DNA of 63,640 nucleotides, filler included, from Saprolegnia diclina VS20 (lineage: Eukaryota): the NCBI RefSeq assembly GCF_000281045.1. It is 7 parts of 4 records of this genome, joined end to end, with 100 filler letters (N's around TTAATTAATTAA, not from the genome) between each part and the next. Parts side by side here need not be neighbours in the genome. Positions count along the whole stretch, not along the records: positions 1 to 16,953 come from NW_008246151.1; 6 more parts are not named here. One strand, 5' to 3'. Below, piece by piece: positions 1-11,165 of the stretch. The position numbers were made by a program, and so were the translations under genes. Position 1 is the first letter of the stretch, and each line of letters starts with the position of its first letter. Under the pieces are notes generated by a model. That model did no database searches. It had not been told where the DNA came from and worked only from the letters and a program-made list of their open reading frames with translations.

Positions 1-1797
1 GCGCTCGTTCGCGTTAAGCGCCAGGTACCACACGCCGTTTCCATCCCTTGTGTCTTATAGCGTAACTAGGCGCCTGAACCCAATGAGGTTTGAGCCCGTC
101 ACAGCTCACTTCTGCTGTCAGACGGTGGCGCCTGGCACCGAGTCCACCGTGTAACGATCGGTTACACGGCCAAGCTGGACCACGAACGAGACCCAGCTGG
201 CGACTCGGGCCTGGCCCACGATGGAAGCGTCGAGCTCCACTCGTTCCCACTCAAGGCACGAAGGCCAACCACCAACGAAGGGCCACAGACGAACGTAGAC
301 TAGCACGATAGGATAGGTTCGTCTAAGATCAATCACTTTGGCTTTTGCACTCTTGCAGTAACTCGCAGCATTCCCAAGGCACCTCGCACGGCAAGCTTTA
401 ACATCTGCCTCGCGAGCGTGCGCAAGCTCGTTCCAGCTCTACAGAGCCTACCCAAGGCGCTGACGTCGAGATCGTCGTAGGCCGCAAGGAATGTCTTTGG
501 TCCGACACGCACGTCGCACGATTGTAACGTTCTTCCTTAGCCTTTTGGAGCTCTCGGACCACCCGTTTGTCGTATACGGCGCCAATCTAAGCCAAAATAA
601 CCGAATGGACGCGCTTGATGGCATTGTTTGTCTCGAATGACGACCAAAGGATATGCAAATGGCGAGAGCGATACGGAAGGACGTGGACCGCGTACAGTAG
701 TACTGGGCAACGAGGTCGATGTTCTGTCGATGCACATTTGCGCTTTGATTGCACGCTGTCGGCAAGCTTGTTCTCCAAACCGACACCGTCTTCTGGCTGG
801 AATGTGTTCGTAAAAATGAGCATACATTCTCGCGAATTTGGATCCGGGCACCATAGACGCCGCTGGCTCGAGCCTTCGGAGAGAGCTTTCGGATCGCTTC
901 TTGCTACGTCTAAGCTAACCTTGCTAGTATGCTGCTGTTGGACGAGAGCAGTACACTCTTAGGCCTGATTTCTCTCACATTTCTTGACTCGACTTCAATG
1001 CGCGTACGGTACGACAGTGTTCGTTTGACTTAACGTTTCAAGAGCGCTTTGTATCTGTTGTCGACCATTGCGCGCGTTGTAGGCCAGCAGCGAAGACGAA
1101 TCGTGATCCGCTCTGCTTCCTTATGTGTCCTCTATCGCTGTGCCAAGTATAAACGATCGTATTTCTGGCATGTGCCTCACATAGATGTTGGATCGCGGAT
1201 CGCTTTTGCTACATATGTGTACACCTCGGACGTCGACGCGACCTCGCATTTCGCACTCTAGACAGCGTCTTCTATATACCAAGGCGTCAGCTCCCGGCGA
1301 TTTATTTTCCAACGCAAAGTCGTCGACCGCGCGATACCATGTACAATGCAAAGGATGGGCGAAGTAAGAAAATAAAAATAAAAAGGTTTCGTACACTTGG
1401 TGTTGAGTGGTGCTTCTCCGCACAACCTAGCCTGTAAGAGCCACAAGACTGTAGAATGGAAGCCATTCGAGAATTGTGTTTGCTGATTACAAGGCGTCGG
1501 GTCGTACCAAGCAAAGCACCGAATTTCAACCGCCAGTGTACGAAGCACGCCGGAAGTGTTTCTTCAACACTTGCCAAGTCTAACAGCATCGTTCGACAAT
1601 GTCCAAACGGCCTTTGGTTGTTTAAACCAAAAACGTCCTGGATATCCCCGGGAGGATGCCAGCCATGAACCCACAGGAATGCTTGTCCAGGCACAGCTAG
1701 GATCTGGATCCGAAATCAGGTCGTTGCGTGTTCCCCACGTAAGCTTTGCAGCAGCCGGCCAATGGACGTCCGGGCAAGCCGTCCGGGCAAGCTACTA

Positions 1798-2071
1798 CAG
1801 ACATATTCTTCGTTAATTGACAAAAGATCTGAAAAGCGTGGGATTTTACCCATGTGTTGGGCATTTTCGAGCAATGCCAGCAGTACGATGCCGTACGATA
1901 GGCCCTGGAACGACATGTGGCGTTGTAATCCTACTTGGTATATCTATGTCAATACTGAATGCAAGATAATAAGTTCTGCTTGTAACACAACACATATTTT
2001 GTGTTGGTATACTGAACACGGGCTTATTTTTGTCAATTAACGCGGTTGTCAATTAACGCAGAGGATGTCTG
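1798..2071. mobile_element. MITE / non-autonomous pogo-Tc1/mariner-type element with 26-bp TIRs and TA target-site duplication
   Basis: Left end is TA|CAGACATATTCTTCGTTAATTGACAA; right end is TTGTCAATTAACGCAGAGGATGTCTG|TA (23/26 identical when reverse-complemented). An extra subterminal TTGTCAATTAACGC copy lies at 2030-2043. The interior is AT-rich and non-coding. Confidence 0.8.
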
Positions 2072-2399
2072 TATGCTTTCTCGAAGGTCCTCCGCAACGC
2101 ATAATGACGTGGCACCCGCATTGGTCAAGTAAGACTGTGCCACAGGACGAGAGGTGCAAGGACGGCCGCCGAGACCTTGGGCCGAGATGTAAGCATCTTA
2201 TGGGTAAACGCCGATTCCTACACCATGACGTGGTATCATTCTCTTAGAATCTGTCCAAGAGCCCAGAGGAGTGTGCGTAGCACTGCCTCGCATCAACGCT
2301 CCACTGCATAATACGAAAGCAAATACATATTCAATAGAAAGGTCTTCACATTTTTCATCAGTAGAGGTTCAAAGCTGCTGCGAAACGTCACACAGCTGG

Positions 2400-3600
2400 T
2401 ACTATCTTTGCACGCCATGATATACGTTGTCTGGAGCTGCGCCAAGAAGAGGTGGAGCGCGACGCCACTCGCAACCTTGACGTGGCGATCCCAAAAAGAG
2501 CGGTGATCTTGGTGGGGTGATCTGGACGGCTGAATGCTCTTGGCCAACACGGTTGTGTCGAGAACGGAGGCGCGCGTCGCCTTCAAGCTCGTACATCGAG
2601 CGTCAAGAGCGTTCAACGACTAGGTCGCGCGGCACAAATTGGATGATCAGCAGCGTCGACGGCGTCAGAAAATGGACCTCCAGTCGACCGTGTCCCTCGA
2701 CTCGAGGCCCGAGTCAACGACGGTGGTCGAGAGCGGGGCAAAGAGGCGCTTAAAACGAGATATGGTCCCGTTGAGCGGGCTACCGGGCGCAAGTTGCAAG
2801 GCCGGCATGAGCTGGGACGTACGCGCGCGGAGGGTGATGGAAATGACGACTTTGTCGAGGTGCGTGGTCGGCGGAAGGCAAAGTCCACACCCGTCGAGCT
2901 CGGCAGCAGCGCCAGAATCGACGCCGTGCGGCAGCGCAGCCGAGAAAGGCTCTGACGAGTACGCGAGGTGCTCGGGCTCGCGCACGCAGTTGGTTCCGCT
3001 TGTGGAGCGACTGAGGTCTTCCTTGGCGCATGTGATCTTCTTCTTCGTTGTCGAGTTCGGGTTGGCGGCCAGCACGCGCTCGTCCTCGGTCTTGGCAGAC
3101 ATCGGAGCGTCGTCCGAGGCGTTGGCGCCTGAACGAGTGGCTTGAACCTTCGCAAACGCTCACACGCAAACAGCGCCACGAGAGCTTCCGCGGCGCCGGA
3201 AGAGCGCACGCGTCTCGGCCTATGACAAAAGATGCCCGAGCGTCCTCGGCCGTGCGTTTGGTCAATGACGGCGTTCGCGTCCGTAACGCCATCGCCCCAA
3301 TAAGGTCGTCCACAGCTTGGCATGCAGCAAGCGCGGTCGCGTATGCTCGTGACGCTGGAGGATACGACCCACGAGCAGCGGCAGACTCGACACCTCTTTC
3401 GAGAAAGGCACCTACTTACTCTGTGAGACACAAGCGGCGAAATAGAGCGCAGTACCTCGTGAGAGACGCGATCAAGCGGCGCGTCGACGCCTGGATGATC
3501 GAGGTCGGCGACACACTCGCGTTGACGTCACGGCCTCGCGGCGAATCCTGGTGAGTGCCAAGCGTGCAGATCGTCGAGACGAGCACGGCCTCAGCCAAAC
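2400..3600 (-). pseudogene. Possible decayed or uncharacterised coding region
   Basis: GC-rich, coding-like minus-strand frames (2665-3102, 3416-3598), interrupted by stops; no family recognised. Confidence 0.2.
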
Positions 3601-4472
3601 GGCGCGGGCGTCGAGAGCTGCAGTAGAGATCGGGTATGAGGCGACGTTGAACGAGAGTTTACGGCGCGAGGCAGGCTACCATGTGCGAGCAACAAAGTGC
3701 GCTGCGGAAGGTGCTCGAGATAGGAAGCATGACGTTGGATGCCATCAGATGTCACGCGCGCTCCGAGCTCAAAGTGCTCTTTCGCTCGTCGTCGCAATCA
3801 TTTTGGAATACCAACCGCTGACATCCGGATAATGTCCGGATACATTGTCGGAGATAGGGTTGAGGAAGACGGGTGGAGTTGTCGCTGTCAGCGTTTGCCT
3901 CGGCGCGTCGAATATATACCTCACAGCGCGTAGTAAACACAATGGTATTTCTACTGCTATGTCGCCTATGGCTGCAACCGGTTCTCATCACCGCTTCACC
4001 GCACGAGTTTAAAGCTGTTAGTTTCACCGTCCACAGTCGAGAGGACGTTCGCTGCGCCCGGGCCTGCGAGCACCGATTGCGAAATGAACAATGATCTAGG
4101 TTATTGTCATTCTCTTCTACAAGCACTTTGGTTTCGCCCACGTCCACCAAAAATGTCATACGGACGTCGTCAAGGTTTCAAGGCTACTACTGTAGTACAG
4201 CAACGGTGACAGGTAGTTCTATTGCAGCATTTCCTTGGCGTTCCCCATAAAGAACGGCGGCAACGCTTTGGTTCATCAGGGGTCTCCAAACTAGGAGCTG
4301 AGTGGTTGGTCCTGAAATCCCCGGGGAGCATTTTAAAAAATCTCTATCCGGATAGGTTGTTCGAAGTAGAATCGGTGACGAGTTATGCGCTCTTGTGTAC
4401 AACTACACAAAATACACGTCGTTTAAGCTGTGTTTGGGTCCTGGCAGCCACCACGACACCTAACCACGAAAG

Positions 4473-7059
4473 TTAGCGTAAAATGTGAAATGTGAAGCGC
4501 AAGACCAGATGGGTGTAGTGGTTGTTTTCGAGCACCAGAACATGACCCACCTGCATCGCTTCGGCTTCTTGAACGATGCAGTTTTTGTCCGCAAACACCG
4601 TCTCCTTCCCGTGCACGTCAAAGCGCGAGAGCCGCCAGACATCGTGGCAGCGCGGATGAGCTTCCAGGACGTACACGGGCTTCTGCCAGAGGCTCGCAGC
4701 GAGGCACGTGACCCCGGACGTCATCCACAAGTCCTTGGGCAACGGCTCTTTTGCCACAACGTGCATGATGACGCGGTGAAAGTACTTGTGGCCATCGCCG
4801 ATGTTTTGGCAGTCGGCGCGGCCAAACAGAGCGGGCGGCTTGTCAGTCACTTGTAGCGCAACTCGGCGATGAACCGGACAACTGAGGTGTGGCACTCGTC
4901 GTCCACCTTGACCATCCGCGACGCAGATCCGTAGAGCGCGGAGAAGCCGCACGCTCCGTTTCGAGGCACGACCCCTTGCGTCATCTTGAGCATCCGCATC
5001 ATTGTCGGCAATTCGAGCGAAAAGTACTGGCCTTCCTGGTCTTGGACGCATTTGGCGAGCTTGCTGTGACCATCGCGATGAATTGCCAAGCTTCGTTTGC
5101 ACTCGTACACCGCCGAAGCTTCTTTAGCAGCGACGTCGACCGCGTCTATAACCTCGGTTTGTGGGCCAATGTGGCGTGGGTGTTCGTGACGCACCTTCAT
5201 CACCGCCGCTCAGCCTAACTCTGGAATCGCCATTTGCTGGCGTTTTGACGTTGATGTCGTCTTGCGTGGTCTCGGTTGACAGGACACTACGAGGCAGATA
5301 CTCGCTAAGCATTCAACTGTGTAGTCTTGATGGTCGGTACCTGTCGGCGGCGGGCAGTGGCCAAGAGTCCGAGGTGTCGCGAGTGACCTCGGGTGCCGGG
5401 CTTTGGTCCGCCAAATGCCCATCCTAAAAGGTCGATGATGAGTTGCATGCAACTGCCACTGTTTCTACCACGTGGTCGGCGTCAAGGCGATCGAACACAA
5501 CCAATGGCCTTAGCTCTGCGAAGGCGACTCGACGATGGCGCGCGAGGCTTGGTGGTGCGCTTTTGAAATATGAGACAAAATCGGCGCTGCACAGATATAC
5601 CTCGAGCTTCTTGGAGGCACTGTTGTCGTGATTGAGCAGTGTGTTCTCCTACACAGCATGAGTTTAAACCATATGCACAAGTCGCAAACCTTCGGTTTTA
5701 AGCTTGGTTCGACGTCTTGATCACTTATCGTATCGTCAGCGTCTGAGTCAGATGGCGCGCTGCCGTCAATGCTCTTGGCAGACTACAAAGTCAGGATGGG
5801 CCGCAAGATACCACTTGTACCGCAAGGCTGGTCAAGATTACTGACGTCGGACCCTTGGTACTACATTTTGGGAAGAAACGCTTTCAACGTCTCGGCGTTG
5901 AGTTGCTCGTAGACGACAAGCTGGAGCAAGAGCTTGAGAATGTCGCGGGCCATGATCGAGTCGGGGTGCGGCTGGAGCTCTTCGCAGCGGTTGATGAAGC
6001 GCGGGAACACTCTCTTCATGAGAAAGATGCACGCGTCTCGCAGCGAGGACGCGATATTCGGGTAGATGTCTTTGCTGCCACGGCTCCGAAAATCATTTGG
6101 GTCGTCGACTTGAAGGTAAAAGAACTCGGCGACGTCGAGAAGAAAGAGGCGCGCCGCGAAAATGCTTGCTTTCCTTCCCGACTTTGAGAGATTCTCGTGG
6201 ATAGCACTGTCGATCGTCCCGTGGAGCAGCGGACAAATCTTCTCCGGCCATTTTGCATTTTGGCCGGACTCTCCGAGGTTGAACGCTTAGTAGAACGATC
6301 GCGACTCCTTGATCACCTTCCACGGAAGGAACTGGTCCCAAAGGAAGGCTTGCCTGACGAACATCGCAATTTTTTGCTTGGACTTGGCGTGGAGAGCCGT
6401 GGCGACGTTGACCGCGTTCTCTGGCGCGTGGATCACCACCGGCACCTTGGTCGTGCCGCGCTCATCGACATCGAGGTTGATCGGTACCAACGCCGCGAGA
6501 AGCTCACGGAGCGCGGCGACGCTGTGCCGCCCATCGAGGATGTAGTACTTGCCGTCCGTATAGACGAGGTGGACCTTGTCGTTGCGATCGTAGCCGCCCA
6601 GCTGAATCGCCCAACGCAAGCGCGCGACCTTCGTGGCGTCGGTTTTTTCCACGCACGCATCGGTTTCAATGGCTGAAAGAGAGAGGTCACTCTCGATGCC
6701 CAGCGTATGGAACGCACGGTGTGCGCTGTCCGTCTCTTGAGCGCATGCGAAATGATTCGCTTTGATGCTGGCGACCGCTTTGTCCAATTCGCTGAGCACG
6801 TGGCGGCCGATCGCCCGCTGCTCGACGCTCAAGCGATCCGACATTTGGTCCTCGTCACACCGAAGGACGACGGGAGGGACGGCGGCGTAATCTTCAACGC
6901 TGAAGGTGACCTTGCTCTACAAGCGCGGTAACCATCCGTTGGCGTGCTTGGCCCTGCCTTTTTGAGTGGCTTTGTCTTGGTCTTGGACTTAAGAGTTGAG
7001 CTGCCCGTGGTCGGGGGCTGACTACCGGTGTCTAGGTTGAAGTCATCAAGCTCGGCCAC
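4473..7059 (-). pseudogene. Disrupted gene with N-terminal ParB/sulfiredoxin-like motif and C-terminal OTU-like cysteine protease domain
   Basis: ParB-like segment RLRWAIQLGGYDRNDKVHLVYTDGKYYILDGRHSVAAL at ~6510-6625. The same frame reads on past TAA 6287-6289 (AFNLGESGQNAKWPEKICPLL...AEFFYLQVDDPNDF). Further stops lie at 5424 and 5313, plus frameshifts. OTU-like Cys box VPRNGACGFSAL at ~4935-4970 and His box VLENNHY at ~4515-4535. Confidence 0.55.
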
Positions 7060-7299
7060 GGAATGTCGTGCGCGGTCTGAGCAATTATGAAGTTATTGCT
7101 GGCTATTGGAACAGAAGAACCGTCCGAAAAATGAGCCCCAATTGCAAGGTTTTCTATTGAGGGAGACAGCGCTGTATTTACAGTATGTGTCGAAATCAAA
7201 TTTACTGTTTGAACGAGCCTTGCGGACTAGTCGTCCAGTTTAACCCATGTTTAACCTAATTTGAAACCGGCGTCGTTGCAAATTCGAACGGTCGGAACG

Positions 7300-10069
7300 A
7301 TGTGGAAGGTCGTCCTCGCTGCAGCCGCCACCGCCGCCGCCGCCAACCTCTGCGATTCCTGCAATGGCAACGGAGTCTGCAGCACTGCAACCCGCCGCTG
7401 GTACAAAGACACTTATGTGTTTCAACTAACGTGACCTAGCTCGTGTTTTGCTGGGTACACGGGGCCGCGCTGCGAATACGTCGCTTGCCCAACGGGCAAT
7501 GCGTGGTGGGACTTTGCGTCGGCAGTCGATACGGCCCACGCACCGGCAACGTGCTCTAACATGGGCCTCTGCTCGTCGACGACTGGTGTCTGCACGTGCA
7601 ATGCAGGCTTTACGGGCGCCGCGTGCGAATTCAGTACGCGGTCTGTCAAAGGGAGAAACGAGGCTAAGCATTTTCGGTGTAGTGGCTTGCCCAGCGTGCC
7701 AAAGTGGTCACTGTATCTCGATGCGCGACGCCGCGGCCGCCAATGATGGCATCAACTTCTTCACGTCGACGTCCTACAGTCTCTGGGACGCCGACAAGAT
7801 ATTTGGGTGCCAGTGCAGCTACGGGTACACTGGCTACGATTGCTCGCAGCGGTACCTTTTGCTCAATTCCGAACCGATGGCATTGCTGATGATTTAGGAC
7901 GTGTCCTGCTGGTGACGATCCGCTCACGACGACAGTAGCAGACAACCCCAATGAATCCAAGTCGCCCTCACATACTCACTTGGGTAGGGCCAGTCGCCCG
8001 AGGTACAACTGCTCAACTGCCTCTGCAACGGGTGCACCGGATACTTTGCGCTGTACTATCAAGGCTTCTTGACGGCCAACATCGCACCGTCGGCGACGGT
8101 GACACAGCTGGCCGACGCGCTGCTGGTACAGAACCTTAACGATACGACATGGATCACAAGCATCGCACTAGGCGCTGACATCAATACACGGAATCACTGT
8201 CACGTTTTCGTCGGGCACCACTGTGTGCTCGCCGACGGGGACGACGGCATCGATCACGTTTACCAAAAACGGGGGGAGCCTGCCGCTGATCCAGATTCGC
8301 AGTGTGCTGTCCGGTACAAACGTTATCACGCTCGGCTCCAAGGGCGAGGTCGGGACGTATGGAGGGACGTCCGCTGCGGGCACCACCGAGGTACGACATG
8401 TACCACAACTGCGATGCTGTTCTTAATGCTTCGCCCTAGGGTCTTCCGTGCTCGGGGCGCGGTGACTGTAACCCAGCGACTGGCATCTGCACTTGTGTTC
8501 CTGGGTTTTCGAGCAGTGACGGTATGCCCGTCCCGAATGTTGTTCAAGTATGCCACGAAACTCCCATGACAGGTGCCGGCAACGCAGGCAAGTTGGGTGA
8601 CTGTGGCTTTAACACTGCTGTTCCTTCTTGCCCCAGTAAGCAGTCAGCAATATTTGACCTATTAACAATTGGTAATTTCTAGTGGTCCTCGGAAAAATCT
8701 GCAACAACCAAGGCTCATGTGACGCCACCACGCAATACCGCTGTGCGTGCAACCCGCCGTACACGGGGGCATATTGTACCAACTGTACAGATAGTATATG
8801 TACGGTCACTCGCCACTAAATCATTTTCGTAGTGCTCTGTCCAACGGGCGCTGCGTGGTTTGACGGTGCATCGGCGACCAACACGGCCCACGCGGTCGCT
8901 CCGTGCTCGAATCGGGTTCCCTACGTAGCAAAGTGCAGAATCTCACGTGAACTCACGCATAGGGCATATGCAATCCCTCGACAGGCACGTGTACATGCCA
9001 AGCTGGTTTTACGGGCGCCGCCTGTGACCTGCGTACATATCCGTTATATTGCTTTTCGGAGCTGAGTGACGTTAATCTAGTCGCGTGTCCCGGGTCGCCC
9101 GCGTGCAGTGGTCAAGGGTCGTGCAAGACGATGCAACAATTAGCAGCACTTTCATCGTCCAACGGGGTGCTCATCGGAGCAACGTACGGCACCATCCCCA
9201 ACTACGCCCCGACGTGGGACTACAACAAAATCCAAGGCTGCTACTGCCAAAAAGTATTCGCTTGGCAGCCATACCCTTCATGACTCCAATCGTCTAGAAT
9301 TTCTACATGGGCCCGTACGTCGGTGCTGTAAATGACTTTCAAGCCTACGACTGCTCGGCCCGTAAGCGATAAAATTCCTTTATAGGGTTCATACGGCCTG
9401 ATAGGTTCATGCGCGTTTGGTGACGATCCGTATCTCTCGGGAACCGTCGACGAGCAGCAACAAATATCGTGCACGGCTGACGGTGGTACATTTACGCTGT
9501 CGTTTCGACAGCTTACAACAAGCGCCATCTCAGCAATGGCACCGGTCTCCACCGTGCAGACGGCCCTGCAAGCTCTCGCATCCGTCGTTTCGGCTACAGT
9601 GACTTTTGGTGGTGGCGCCACGACGGTTTGCAGTGCCACTGGAGTTGGTATTTTTTGCATCGAAGACTTCTAAGGCACCCATAGTTTGTTCATGTCCTTG
9701 CTAGTTACAACAGTTCGATTTACGTATGCTCAAGGAAATTTGCCGCCGCTGATCGCGTCCGTCAGCGGCCTGACGCTGTCGACGGGGACACCGACGATTA
9801 CTGTGACCGAGACAATTCCGGGCACAAAGGCGAACCTCGAATGCTCGGGTCGTGGCGTCTGCGGTACGCTCGTGCTTGTGATCACTACCGCTGAGATTGC
9901 GACAGATCGGACTCTCGGACGCTGCAACTGCTACGACTACTTTTTGAGCTCGGATGGTTATGGCAACGTGGGCACGCGAGGTGATTGTGGGTATCTCACG
10001 CCGTACAGCACCTTGTCGACGACGATCACGACGATCACGACAACAACGACAACAACCTCAACGATGTAG
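7300..10069 (+). CDS. Secreted multi-exon EGF-like repeat (tenascin-like) protein with Thr-rich tail
   Basis: ATG 7300 starts a signal-like peptide MWKVVLAAAATAAAA. Repeated Cys modules follow (CSNMGLCSSTTGVCTCNAGFTGAACE, CPTGAAWFD...CSNR, ECSGRGVC), split by many short GT-AG introns. It ends TTITTITTTTTTTSTM* at 10069. Confidence 0.8.
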
Positions 10070-11165
10070 CGCGTGAGAGTACATATAACCTTCTAACAAT
10101 GTGCGCATGAGACGTTGACAATGCAAACGACGACCTTGATGTCGCGGCGTTAGACCTCCTGACCCGAGACGGAGTTCTTCGTGTACCCCAGTGTCCATCA
10201 AGCACTCAACCAGGAATCATTTCGAAGTGTGACCTTGCAACTCGTCACGTTAGAACAAGTTGAAAGCGGCGGGAGTGGATCTTGTGCCTGCCTGCATCCG
10301 AGATCGCATCCAGAGTAGATGCACATTCCTACACCGTAACGTCGTTCAATGCTGAGCTTCTATGCTGAGTTGTTGCACGTGATTGCTAGTGCTACACGGG
10401 TGATTAGTTTGTGTACAAGCTGCTGCAACGAAGAGGCGACGTGAGAGAGTGATCGATACCTGTCTATATGATGCTAGTCGCGGCGACCAGATTGGGGTTC
10501 ATAACGAGCCAAAACACTTCGAGTTGTTAATGCTGTGCGCAACAGCAAGCCATGGGCGATCAAATCCGGCACTAGCAACCGAGCCACTGGAAACCAATCA
10601 GCTGCCACCGTCGTGAGTCAGCCCAAGTCCCTTGGCCGTGAACCTGCGCTCCCGCCAGATAAATATTCAAAGGCGTTTCAGATCGTCCGGCTGGATCGGA
10701 CAACGACCCAACTGGGCAATAAATAAACTCGGGATTGTTCCACAGCGAATGCAGCGACGCGATCTCTCACATGATCCTCTTTGAAGTATGAGTACATGAA
10801 CAACTCGACCAGCGTGCTCAATGACGTAATCGAGTGACGCCCTATGAAATCTTGTTCAGGTCACTTTTTTCTACTCGGTTAAAGGTAGTCCATCTTGCAT
10901 CGCCCCATACATTTGGATGTGGAGTTAGTTAGTGAATCAGCACAGATACTATTGCACCCGAAGATGGTTATGGTCGGTTTCAACAAGAAGGTGCCTGATG
11001 TGTGCTGCCGAGGTTGGCGGCTTCCTTCTGAGAACATGCGGTCTCGTCGCTCGCACCGATGTGCCTGGATGTGGTCTCGGGGATGCAAAGCAGCTTCCGC
11101 AGTGCCAGGTCGTTTCTCTGAGTTTCAAGCCAACGGCGATGGCATAACTCAATTTGCGGTACGAT

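Noticed and set aside
1..1790. Short ORFs at the window start
   Set aside because: No coherent frame or recognisable domain; possibly decayed repeat sequence, but unsupported.
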